NCBI GenBank assembly: GCA_944386715.1
Contig: CALXCD010000003.1
Location: forward strand, 3,294-67,293
Reading direction: 5' to 3'
Origin: an uncultured Clostridia bacterium
GTDB taxonomy: Bacteria > Bacillota > Clostridia > TANB77 > CAG-508
Length of the DNA stretch: 64,000 nt
Position numbers and translations under genes: made by a program. The notes under the pieces are model-generated. The model did not search any database. It was not told the origin of the DNA and was given only the letters and a program-made list of their open reading frames with translations. The stretch's first letter is position 1. Each line of letters starts with the position of its first letter. Positions 17,731 through 26,856 of the stretch are shown one piece after another.

Positions 17731-18399
17731 ATGAAAAATAAAATTAAAATAATAATAGATATATTTATGACTTTTCTTTTTATTATATTAATGGGATATT
17801 ATGTAACAGAAAACGAAGTACACGAAATATTAGGAACAATTACATTTATATTGTTTATCATTCATCACATATTAAATATAAAATGGTATAAATCAATCTT
17901 TAAAGGAAAACATAACTTTCAAAGAACATTTCATATTATACTAAATTTATTACTTTTTATAGCAATGGTAGGAATGATGGTAAGTGGAATAATGATTTCA
18001 GCTGATGTATTTGCATTTTTAGGTATTCCTACAACGATGTTTGGAAGAAGATTACATATGTTATCTACATCTTGGGGATTTGTATTAATGGCTATCCACG
18101 TTGGACTTCATATATCAGCACTTATGAACAAATTAAATACAAAGATGAAAAATAGCACCTTTGAATATGTATATTACTTTATATTACTTCTGTTAGCAGG
18201 ACTAGGAATATACTCATTTATAAATTTAAAAGTGTGGGAAGATATGTTTTTAGTAAATGACTTTAAATTTTTCGATTATGAGCAAAGTCCAATATTATTT
18301 TACTTAAAATATGTATTAGTATTAATTGCAATAGCACTTGTTATTTATATGATCTTTTCTTTAATAAGAAAAGAAAAGAATATAAAAGTTAAAAATTAG
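17731..18399 (+). CDS. DUF4405-like polytopic membrane protein with conserved His in TM helices
   Basis: Five or more hydrophobic helices. His pairs sit in the helices (VHEILG...IIHHILN; RLHMLS...AIHVGLH). Confidence 0.6.
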   Translation: MKNKIKIIIDIFMTFLFIILMGYYVTENEVHEILGTITFILFIIHHILNIKWYKSIFKGKHNFQRTFHIILNLLLFIAMVGMMVSGIMISADVFAFLGIPTTMFGRRLHMLSTSWGFVLMAIHVGLHISALMNKLNTKMKNSTFEYVYYFILLLLAGLGIYSFINLKVWEDMFLVNDFKFFDYEQSPILFYLKYVLVLIAIALVIYMIFSLIRKEKNIKVKN

Positions 18400-18415
18400 G
18401 AAGGAGAAAAGAGTT

Positions 18416-19165
18416 ATGAATATTACAGAAAAAGCAATGGAAAATTTAAAAAAATTATTTCCAGAGGCAAATTTAAATGAAAATAAGGATGAAGAATTAA
18501 TGGAGATTATCTCAAATTTTAGTTTAGATGAGGCACAAGAGTATGACCATTTAGATGAAAAAACAAGACAAATGGTTATAATAGCTGCAACAATAGCTAC
18601 ACAAACACAAAAAAGATATGAGACATTCGTAAAAGTAGCATTAAATATTGGAATAACTCCAATAGAAATTAAAGAAATATTATATCAAGCAGTTCCTTAT
18701 GTAGGAATTTTAAAAGTATTAGATTTGTTAGAACCAACAAATAAAATATTTGAAGAAAGAGAAATTAAACTACCATTAGAAAAACAAGGAACAACAACTT
18801 TAGAAAATCGTTTTGATAAAGGATTAGAAGTACAAAAATCAATATTTGGAGATGTAATAGATAAAAATTATGAAAATTCTCCAGAAAATCAAGTTCATAT
18901 TCAAAAATTTTTATCTGATAATTGTTTTGGAGATTATTATACAAGACAAGGATTAGATGTTAAAACAAGAGAATTAATTACATTTTCAATACTAATTTCA
19001 CAAGGAGGTTGTGAGCCACAAGTAAAAGGACATATAGCAGGAAACGTAAATGTTGGAAATGATAAACAAACATTAATAAATACAGTAACAGCACTTCTTC
19101 CTTATATAGGATATCCAAGAAGTTTAAATGCAATTGCATGTATTAATGAAGTAATACCTGAATAA
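18416..19165 (+). CDS. Carboxymuconolactone decarboxylase (AhpD-like) family protein, two CMD repeats
   Basis: Two CMD-like halves (LDEKTRQMVIIAATIA...; LDVKTRELITFSILISQGGCEPQVKGH). Confidence 0.8.
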   Translation: MNITEKAMENLKKLFPEANLNENKDEELMEIISNFSLDEAQEYDHLDEKTRQMVIIAATIATQTQKRYETFVKVALNIGITPIEIKEILYQAVPYVGILKVLDLLEPTNKIFEEREIKLPLEKQGTTTLENRFDKGLEVQKSIFGDVIDKNYENSPENQVHIQKFLSDNCFGDYYTRQGLDVKTRELITFSILISQGGCEPQVKGHIAGNVNVGNDKQTLINTVTALLPYIGYPRSLNAIACINEVIPE

Positions 19166-19182
19166 AGAAGGAGGAAAAGAAA

Positions 19183-19725
19183 ATGCAAAAAAATATAGGT
19201 TCAAAATTAGCATTATATCCAATGCCATTATTAGTAATAGGAACAATGGTAGATGGAAAACCAAATTGGCTTTTAGCAGGACATAGCGGAATTATAGGTC
19301 ATGACAGAGTAATGGTAAGTCTAGTTAAAACACATTATACAAATAAAGGAATCAAAGATACAAAACGATTGTCTATTAATTTAGTCACTGAAGAAATGCT
19401 AAAAAAAGCAGATTATGTAGGAAGTGTAAGTGGAAACAAAAAAGATAAATCGGAAGTTTTTGAATATCGTATAGGAGAAGCAGGAACTCCAATCATAAAT
19501 GATGCACCAGTTGTTATGGAATGTAAGGTAGAAGATAATTATGAAATAAATAATTTTGATAATTTTATCATGTCAATATCAAATACTTATGTTCAAGAGG
19601 AAAACTTAGATGAAAATGGAAAAATAGATTATACAAAATTTCATCCAGTATTATTTGAATTTCCAAATTACACATATTTAAGAACAGGAGATACAATTGG
19701 AAATTGTTTAAGATTAGATAAATAG
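19183..19725 (+). CDS. Flavin reductase-like (FMN-binding split barrel) protein
   Basis: The N-terminus LALYPMPLLVIGT...GKPNW and the length are typical of flavin reductase domain proteins. Confidence 0.75.
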   Translation: MQKNIGSKLALYPMPLLVIGTMVDGKPNWLLAGHSGIIGHDRVMVSLVKTHYTNKGIKDTKRLSINLVTEEMLKKADYVGSVSGNKKDKSEVFEYRIGEAGTPIINDAPVVMECKVEDNYEINNFDNFIMSISNTYVQEENLDENGKIDYTKFHPVLFEFPNYTYLRTGDTIGNCLRLDK

Positions 19726-19776
19726 AAATAAAAAATATATTTTGCTTTTATAAAAGCAATAGATTGGAGGAAAATT

Positions 19777-20472
19777 ATGAATAGAAAAGTAATAACATTA
19801 ATTATCGTAATATTAGTAATAGCAGTAATCGCTATCGTTGTAGGAATTAACTTAGCAGGAAACAATGAAAATGCAAATACAGTACAAAATCAAGCAAGTA
19901 GTGAAAGTCAAGAAGAAAATCAAGAAGTAGGACAAGTTGCAAACAATGAAGATGAAACAAATACAGAAGAAAATCAAAATAAGCAAGAAAGCGGAAGTGG
20001 AAATGTATTAGTTGTATATTTCTCACATACAGGAAATACAGAGAATGTTGCAAACTTTATACATGAAGTAGTAGGTGGAGATATTGTAAAATTAGAAACA
20101 GAAGAACCATATACGAATAATTATAATGACTTATTGGATATAGCACAAGAAGAAAGGAATGAAAATGCAAGACCAGCTTTAAGTACACAAATAGATAATA
20201 TAGATGATTATGATACTATCTTTTTAGGATACCCAATATGGTGGGGAGATATGCCAATGGCACTATATACATTTTTAGATGAATATGATTTATCTGGAAA
20301 AACAATAGCACCATTTGTAACTTCTGGAGGATCAGGGCTTTCTGGTACACCAAGCAAAATAGAAGATGAAGAACCAAATGCAACTGTTACAGAAGGATTA
20401 TCAGTAAGAGATAGTAATAGTGAAAACTCACAAAGTGCAGTAAGTGAATGGCTATCTGAAATAGGATTTTAA
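19777..20472 (+). CDS. Membrane-anchored flavodoxin
   Basis: TM helix and an acidic/Asn-rich linker. The flavodoxin domain (VLVVYFSHTGNTE...GYPIWWGDMP...VTSGGSG) is paralogous to the C-terminus of the ORF at 16238. Confidence 0.8.
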   Translation: MNRKVITLIIVILVIAVIAIVVGINLAGNNENANTVQNQASSESQEENQEVGQVANNEDETNTEENQNKQESGSGNVLVVYFSHTGNTENVANFIHEVVGGDIVKLETEEPYTNNYNDLLDIAQEERNENARPALSTQIDNIDDYDTIFLGYPIWWGDMPMALYTFLDEYDLSGKTIAPFVTSGGSGLSGTPSKIEDEEPNATVTEGLSVRDSNSENSQSAVSEWLSEIGF

Positions 20473-20485
20473 GGAGGTTTTTATT

Positions 20486-20779
20486 ATGAGTTTTACAATT
20501 AATATTTATTATACAGGAGAAAATGGAAGTGCAAGAAAATTTGCAGAAGAAATGGTAAAAAAGGGAGTAGTAGATAGAGTAAGGGCAGAAGAAGGAAATA
20601 AAAAATATGAATACTTTTTTCCAATGGATGATCCAGAAACCGTTTTATTAATTGATAGATGGGAAAGTCAAGAGGCTTTAGATGAACATCATAAATCTCC
20701 AATGATGAAAGAAATAGCTGAATTAAGAGATAAATATCATCTTCATATGAAAGTGGAACAATTTGTAGAAAGAAAATAG
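20486..20779 (+). CDS. Antibiotic-biosynthesis-monooxygenase (ABM) domain protein
   Basis: About 97 aa, with the ferredoxin-like ABM pattern ...LLIDRWESQEALDEHHKSPMM... Confidence 0.75.
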   Translation: MSFTINIYYTGENGSARKFAEEMVKKGVVDRVRAEEGNKKYEYFFPMDDPETVLLIDRWESQEALDEHHKSPMMKEIAELRDKYHLHMKVEQFVERK

Positions 20780-20799
20780 GAAAGTAAAAATATAAAACC

Positions 20800-21055
20800 C
20801 GATAAACTTCAATGTGTCAGAGTTATAAAATTCAGAAATGGTGAAACTGGTTATTTTGGTGGCGGTGCTGATCACAATCTCCATAATCCACCCGCAGTGC
20901 TTAACAGGTACAATTTCGAGCGCGAGCCCAATTTCATGAGATACAATTGTACACCGTATGCATTCCGCTTTTGTAATTGAACTGTTTCGTTGCTTCGAGT
21001 TACTTAACTGAAGCAAATTAAACTTAAGGGAGAGTGATTTCCCCTTTAAGTTATT
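20800..21055. other. Orphan segment visibly richer in G+C than its surroundings; candidate structured RNA or foreign gene relic
   Basis: No ATG/GTG/TTG-initiated ORF explains it. Stems occur at 20908-20915/20945-20952, 20989-21016 and 21023-21050. A start-less 70-codon open frame continues in frame after the ABM stop codon. Confidence 0.3.
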
Positions 21056-21084
21056 AAAACATGTAGAAAGTAAAAATTGTGAAT

Positions 21085-21278
21085 AATTTGAGGTTAATAC
21101 CCCAAATTATTCTCATTTATGATATTAGTAGGAGAATTTATAGTAATTTTTTTATAGAGGTTCAACAGATATTAATGATATTATATTAAATACAATAGGA
21201 GCAGTTATTATGTATGTGCTAATGAAAACAAAAGTTATAAAGAAAATTTCAAGAAGAGTTATTGATATAGCAGAATAA
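21085..21278 (+). pseudogene. VanZ-like protein relic (frameshifted C-terminal part)
   Basis: FFYRGSTDINDIILNTIGAVIMYVL matches the VanZ C-terminal motif (R.fDi.DiilN..G). The upstream piece ...NFFIEVQQ is in another frame and there is no N-terminal half. Confidence 0.55.
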
Positions 21279-21516
21279 AAAATTACAAGTTACGAAAGAA
21301 ATCTAATAAAGATTCAGGTTTCTTTTTAAGTACTACAAATTTGATATAATATTTAACAAATTGAAACAATCGTAGGATAAAATTTTAATTTATTCTACAA
21401 TTTATAAAAAATACTACACAAACTAAAAAAAGTATGATAGAATATTTTAGAATTAACAAATTATAAATTTGCTAAAAATAATATAAATAAAAACAAAATC
21501 AAAGGGAGGATTTAAA

Positions 21517-22236
21517 ATGTCAGGACACAGTAAATGGCATAATATACAAGCAAAAAAAGGAAAAGCAGATGCAGCAAGAGGAAAAATATTCACAAAACTA
21601 GGAAGAGAACTATTAATAGCAGTAAAAGAAGGAGGACCAGACCCAGCAGGAAACTCAAAATTAAAAAATGTAATTGCAAAATGTAAAGCAGCAAACATGC
21701 CTAATGATACTATTAATAATGCCATTAAAAAAGCATCTAGTAGTAATGAAAATTATGAGGAAATTGTATATGAAGGATATGGACCAAATGGAGTTGCTGT
21801 TATTGTAGAAGCTTCTACAGATAACAAGAATAGAACTGCAGCAGATGTAAGACATGTATTTGATAAAGCAGGAGGAAACCTAGGAACTACAGGATGTGTA
21901 TCTTACATGTTTAATAAAAAAGGAATGATAGTAATTGAAAAAGCTTCTACTACTATGGAAGAAGATGATTTAATGATGCTTGCACTAGATGCAGGTGCAG
22001 AAGATTTTTCAGCTGAAGAAGAAGTTTATGAAATTGTTACAGATCCAGCAGATTTTTCTAATGTACGAGAAAAATTAGAAAAAGCAGGATTAGAATTCTT
22101 AGAAGCAGAAGTGCAAATGATACCAACTACAACAGTTAGTCTAGACGAAAAGGGAAGAGAGAAAATGGAAAGGTTAATAGAAAACCTAGAAGATTTAGAT
22201 GATGTGTCTAATATCTATCATAATTGGGAAGAATAA
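21517..22236 (+). CDS. yebC: YebC/PmpR family DNA-binding transcriptional regulator
   Basis: [28 protein letters not shown] is the hallmark N-terminus. Confidence 0.95.
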   Translation: MSGHSKWHNIQAKKGKADAARGKIFTKLGRELLIAVKEGGPDPAGNSKLKNVIAKCKAANMPNDTINNAIKKASSSNENYEEIVYEGYGPNGVAVIVEASTDNKNRTAADVRHVFDKAGGNLGTTGCVSYMFNKKGMIVIEKASTTMEEDDLMMLALDAGAEDFSAEEEVYEIVTDPADFSNVREKLEKAGLEFLEAEVQMIPTTTVSLDEKGREKMERLIENLEDLDDVSNIYHNWEE

Positions 22237-22381
22237 TAAGAAACTGACTCGACTAGTAATCAAAGATTGAAGTCTGATATCCCAGAACCTTGTTGTCTAA
22301 GACAATAAAAAATAGATAAATGACTTTATAATATGTTATTTATCTATTTATTGTATTTGTAATTGTGAAGGAGAATGGAAA

Positions 22382-24358
22382 ATGGAGCAAAAGAAAAGTA
22401 AAAAGTTGTTAATTGTTATTATTGTTTTAATTGTATTAATTGTATTAACAATAGGAGGAATTGCATTTACGTATTTTGCGACAGATGTTTTTAAAACAAA
22501 TAAAGAACTGTTTGTGAAGTATGCATCTAGTTTATTTGACCAAGAAAAGGGCTTTGTAGACAGTAGTTTGAAACAATATTATGAAAAATTAAAATCTACA
22601 GCTTATGAAAATAATGGAACTTTAGATTTTACTATTAATATGCCAAATGCAAAAGAAATAACAGAACGTGCTAATAATTTTAGTATTGGTTTTTCTGGAA
22701 AAGTAGATTCTGCAAATGGAAAGGCACAACAAGATATTACTCTAGATTATGGAAATGATGTTCAATTTCCAATTTCTTATAGACAAGTAGGGAATATGGT
22801 AGGATTACAAACAGATTATGTAGGAAGTAATTATATTGCTATCAGAAATGAAAACTTACCTGAATTAGTTCAAAACTTAGGTTTAACATCTACTTTTACT
22901 AATGTACCAGAAAAATTAGAAATTTCAGAAAATTCCAACTCTTCCATTTTTACACAAGAGGAAATGAAGCAATTGCAAGAAAAATATTTAAGTAATGTTA
23001 TATCAGAATTACAAGATAGTAATTTTACTAAAATAGAAACATCATTGGGAGAAGGATATCAATTAACTCTAGATGGTACACAATTAAAAAGTGTAATTGG
23101 GAAAATATTAGATACTTTAAAGAATGATACTAATTTATTAGATAAAATAAATCAAATGGTGCAAAGTTCGGAAAAACTAGATACAAATACCATCGAAGAG
23201 ATGCAAAAAAATATTAGTAGTAATACATCATTAGATTCTGAAAAATTGGAAATTGTTATGTATCAACAAAATGGAGAAGTTAATAAAATAACAATTCAAA
23301 TAAATGAAGGTAAATTAGAGATTGAAAAAGTAAAAGGTGGTAATGAATTACAATATTTAGTAACTTTACAAAATACGGACGGAACACAAAAAATTTATCT
23401 TACTATTAGATATACAGGAATACAAACAGATAATGTATCAGAAAGTTTCGAGTTAGGTATTAGTTATCCTTATCAAGAAGAGGTGCAAAGTGAAGAATTA
23501 ACAACCGAACAAGAAAAAGAAATGGTAGAAAAATTAATTGCAGATGCAAAATCAACTAAATTGCTACAAGGACAAGATAGTACTACGATTACTGACCAAG
23601 ATATAGAAACGACTTTGAATACTGGAAATGATGAAAATTATCAAAATATGAAATTAGAAAAATTGAGTGATACTTCTTTTAAGATTACATTTATAAGTAG
23701 TAATCAAAGTTATGAATTTGATAATACTGGAAAAATCACAAAAGAGCCAGAAGTAGTTGAGGTACAAAATAATGAAGAGGGACAAGAAGAACAAGATTCC
23801 CAAGTAATACAATATCAATATAATTACGAAAATAATGTTAAATTAACAGGAAATGTAACAATAGAAGATATGACACAAGATAATACAGTTATTTTAAATG
23901 ACTTAGATTCTGAAACAGCAACAAATTTAATAAATGCTATTGGAGAGAGAATAAATCAAGTAAATGAAGACCAAATGGGAAAATTAGGAATAGCTGGTGC
24001 ACAAAATCCTATTTTATATGTAACACCATCAACAGATATCTTAGGAAATGCAGGAGGAACTGCTACTAGTATGAATCAACAAGAGTTAGAAGTATTTAAC
24101 AGTAAATTTACTATGTATGAAAGTACAAACACAAAAGGTGCCACAGTAAAAGGGCTTTTAACAGTTATACAATCTAATAATGAAGAAAGTGATAAAAAAA
24201 TAACAGAAATTAATTTTGATGGACAAGAGTATGAGGTAACAGAACAAAATATTACTTTAATAAAGAGTAGTATTAATGTAGATGATGATTATAAAGTGGA
24301 ATTTGAATATGATAGAGATACAGGAGCAATTTATCGAACAATTATCAATAAGAAATAA
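22382..24358 (+). CDS. Large membrane-anchored hypothetical protein
   Basis: Long ORF with an SD (GGAGAATGGAAA) and an N-terminal TM helix. No family recognised. Confidence 0.6.
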   Translation: MEQKKSKKLLIVIIVLIVLIVLTIGGIAFTYFATDVFKTNKELFVKYASSLFDQEKGFVDSSLKQYYEKLKSTAYENNGTLDFTINMPNAKEITERANNFSIGFSGKVDSANGKAQQDITLDYGNDVQFPISYRQVGNMVGLQTDYVGSNYIAIRNENLPELVQNLGLTSTFTNVPEKLEISENSNSSIFTQEEMKQLQEKYLSNVISELQDSNFTKIETSLGEGYQLTLDGTQLKSVIGKILDTLKNDTNLLDKINQMVQSSEKLDTNTIEEMQKNISSNTSLDSEKLEIVMYQQNGEVNKITIQINEGKLEIEKVKGGNELQYLVTLQNTDGTQKIYLTIRYTGIQTDNVSESFELGISYPYQEEVQSEELTTEQEKEMVEKLIADAKSTKLLQGQDSTTITDQDIETTLNTGNDENYQNMKLEKLSDTSFKITFISSNQSYEFDNTGKITKEPEVVEVQNNEEGQEEQDSQVIQYQYNYENNVKLTGNVTIEDMTQDNTVILNDLDSETATNLINAIGERINQVNEDQMGKLGIAGAQNPILYVTPSTDILGNAGGTATSMNQQELEVFNSKFTMYESTNTKGATVKGLLTVIQSNNEESDKKITEINFDGQEYEVTEQNITLIKSSINVDDDYKVEFEYDRDTGAIYRTIINKK

Positions 24359-24384
24359 AAAAATAAGTTCTAAAAAGAAAAGAT

Positions 24385-24436
24385 GAGCATATATTATTAA
24401 TATGTTAGGTATTAATAATATATGCTCTCTTTTTTT
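24385..24436 (+). terminator. Rho-independent terminator (18-bp AT-rich stem + T-run)
   Basis: GAGCATATATTATTAATA / TATTAATAATATATGCTC followed by TCTTTTTTT. Confidence 0.75.
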
Positions 24437-24500
24437 GGAGAAATAGAAAATAATGGAGCATAGAGGTTATTTATATAAATGCTCCAAGAAAGAAGAAAAA

Positions 24501-25376
24501 ATGCAGATAGAAGAAGTGATAAGATATTTTCCGATACATATTTATTCCTTATTAAAAAACACCTTTGAAAAAAATAGTCAAATAGAAGAAAATTTACAAG
24601 AGATAAGAGTGAGAGTAAATAGACCCATTTTATTAAAATTGAGACAAGCTGATATTTTGATACAGTATCCAGTAAATACAACAGAAATATTACAAATATT
24701 AGAAAAGCTATGTGAAAATTCAATTTATGCTTATAAAAATCAAATTTGCCAAGGGTTTTTAACAATAAAAGGAGGACATCGAATAGGTATTGCAGGGACG
24801 ATTGTAGAGGAAAACGGAAAAATTTTAAATGTGAAATACATAACAAGTCTAAATTTTAGAATTGCAAGACAAATTAGAAATTGTAGTAATGCTATTTTAA
24901 AAGAAATAGTAGATTTTAAAAATCAAACTATTTATAATACTTTGATTGTGGCACCTCCTGGAAAAGGGAAAACTACGGTGCTCAGAGATGCCATACGAAA
25001 AATCAGTAATGGAATTAATGAAATGAATTTTAAAGGTAAGACTTGTGGTGTAGTAGATGAAAGAGGAGAAATTGCAGCTATGTATAAAGGAGTTCCTCAA
25101 AATGATATCGGAATGAGAACCGATGTTGTTGAAAATGTTTCGAAATCACAGGGGATGAGGATGTTGATTCGAAGTATGGCTCCAGAAGTGATTGCTTGTG
25201 ATGAAATTGGTTCAAAGGAAGATGTACAAGCAATAAAAGAAGTATTAACTGCTGGGGTGAAAGGGATTTTTACCATGCATGGAAGAGATATGAAAGATGT
25301 TAAAAATAATGTAGAAATTAATAATTTAGTAGAAACGAGACAAATCGAAAAGGTGATTTTTTTGAATGATAGTTAA
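24501..25376 (+). CDS. spoIIIAA: Stage III sporulation protein AA (ATPase)
   Basis: Walker A in VAPPGKGKTTVLRD. EIRVRVNRPILL matches the SpoIIIAA N-terminal region. The start at 24501 was chosen over 24453 by N-terminal length. Confidence 0.85.
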   Translation: MQIEEVIRYFPIHIYSLLKNTFEKNSQIEENLQEIRVRVNRPILLKLRQADILIQYPVNTTEILQILEKLCENSIYAYKNQICQGFLTIKGGHRIGIAGTIVEENGKILNVKYITSLNFRIARQIRNCSNAILKEIVDFKNQTIYNTLIVAPPGKGKTTVLRDAIRKISNGINEMNFKGKTCGVVDERGEIAAMYKGVPQNDIGMRTDVVENVSKSQGMRMLIRSMAPEVIACDEIGSKEDVQAIKEVLTAGVKGIFTMHGRDMKDVKNNVEINNLVETRQIEKVIFLNDS

Positions 25377-25387
25377 TTGTTGTTTGT

Positions 25388-25534
25388 TTTGAAATAATAG
25401 GATATGATTTTTTACACTTTGTGTGTCGCAACCTACGAAAACAAAAATTTATGGTAGGTTGCTCCAATCGCACTCACATTCGTTTGTTCGGTCGCTTACG
25501 TAATGGTTTCAAAACCATATCCTAATATTTCAAA
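25388..25534 (+). repeat. Structured intergenic repeat, copy 2 (inside the spoIIIA operon)
   Basis: Same core as 568-663. It is enclosed by TTTGAAATAATAGGATATGATTTT / AAAACCATATCCTAATATTTCAAA arms. The inner hairpin pairs 25428-25436 with 25454-25462. Confidence 0.7.
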
Positions 25535-25647
25535 TTAGAAAATAAGAATAAATATGATATCAGTTCTAAATATCCTATAAAGAACATATAATAGAACTAT
25601 ACATATATCATGTATAGAAAATCAAACGAAAGATGAGGGGAAAAAGA

Positions 25648-26157
25648 ATGCAAGTTGTAAAATATATCATGTTATTTTTTGTTTTTGTAGCTTCTAGCTT
25701 AATAGGAAAAATGGTGGCGAAAAAATATACTTATCGCTTACAAGAACTAGAAGAAATGAAAAATGCGTTAAATGTTTTTAAATCCAAAATAAAATTTACT
25801 TATGAACCAATTCCAGAAATTTTTGCAGAAATAGAAAAAAACACAGAAGAAAATATTGCAAAAATTTTTCGATTAGCAAGAAACAAAATGCAAAAGCAGT
25901 CAGCAGAAACAGCTTGGAAAGAGGCAATAGAAGAAACACAAAACAATTTAAATAAAGAGGACAAACAGGCATTAAGTATGTTGTCTAAAATGTTAGGACA
26001 AACAGATATAGAAGGACAAACTAGTCAGATAGAAATTACTCAAAATTTTTTAGGAGTTCAAATTAAAGAAGCATTAGAAGAGAAACAAAAAAACGAAAAG
26101 TTATATTCTAGATTAGGAACTACGATTGGTTTGGTGATTGTTATTATTCTAATATAG
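25648..26157 (+). CDS. spoIIIAB: Stage III sporulation protein AB
   Basis: Operon position, size, an N-terminal and a C-terminal TM helix, and an SD (GAGGGG) before the ATG at 25648. Confidence 0.8.
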   Translation: MQVVKYIMLFFVFVASSLIGKMVAKKYTYRLQELEEMKNALNVFKSKIKFTYEPIPEIFAEIEKNTEENIAKIFRLARNKMQKQSAETAWKEAIEETQNNLNKEDKQALSMLSKMLGQTDIEGQTSQIEITQNFLGVQIKEALEEKQKNEKLYSRLGTTIGLVIVIILI

Positions 26158-26189
26158 AAAATTTAATGCATGCAGAAAGGAAGAGAAGA

Positions 26190-26384
26190 ATGGATATTAA
26201 TCTATTATTTAAAATAGCAGCAATTGGAATATTAGTGGCTGTTTTGCATCAAGTATTAGTGAGGGCTGGGAGAGAAGATCAAGCAATGATGACAACTTTG
26301 GCTGGGCTTGTTATAGTTTTAACAATGGTAATTAAAGAAATTAGTGGTTTATTTGATACGGTAAGAACAATTTTTAATTTATAA
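26190..26384 (+). CDS. spoIIIAC: Stage III sporulation protein AC
   Basis: About 64 aa with two TM helices. LFKIAAIGILVAVL..VL..AGREDQA matches SpoIIIAC. Confidence 0.85.
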   Translation: MDINLLFKIAAIGILVAVLHQVLVRAGREDQAMMTTLAGLVIVLTMVIKEISGLFDTVRTIFNL

Positions 26385-26435
26385 AAGTAATAAAAAGTAG
26401 GAAAATGAAAAAAGAGAAGAAAGGGTGAAAATACA

Positions 26436-26822
26436 ATGGAAATTATTAAAATAATCGGAATAGCTTTAGTTGCACTTATTATTATCATCCTTTTAAAACA
26501 ATATAAGCCAGAATTTGCAATTTATATTAGTTTATTGACAGGAGTTTTAATTCTTGTTCTAGTAATGGACGAGCTAACAGGAATCATGAGTTTAATTCAA
26601 ACAATAGCCAATAAAGCATCCATTAATCAACAATTTTTAACGATTTTAATTAAAATTACAGGAATAGCTTTTTTATCAGAGTTTGCTGTTAGTATTTGTA
26701 AAGATTCAGGAGAAGGAGCTATTGCTAGTAAAATAGAATTGGGTAGTAAGATTATTATCATATCTATGTCTATTCCTATTTTGTCTAGTCTATTAGAAAT
26801 TATTTTAAAAGTATTACCCTAA
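26436..26822 (+). CDS. spoIIIAD: Stage III sporulation protein AD
   Basis: 128-aa polytopic protein. IIKIIGIALVALIIIILLKQYKPEFA matches SpoIIIAD. Confidence 0.85.
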   Translation: MEIIKIIGIALVALIIIILLKQYKPEFAIYISLLTGVLILVLVMDELTGIMSLIQTIANKASINQQFLTILIKITGIAFLSEFAVSICKDSGEGAIASKIELGSKIIIISMSIPILSSLLEIILKVLP

Positions 26823-26856
26823 ATTGCTTAGCAGTGGTTTAGAAAAGGAGTTACAA

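Noticed and set aside
20852-20902. GGTGGCGGTGC on the + strand looked like a T-box core. Its complement, ...GCACCGCCACCA, looked like a tRNA/tmRNA 3' end.
   Set aside because: It does not match the T-box consensus (GGGTGGTACCGCG), and the nearest terminator-like hairpin is about 170 nt away. On the minus strand there is no GGTTCGA-type T-arm, no matching 5' acceptor strand and no tag reading frame.
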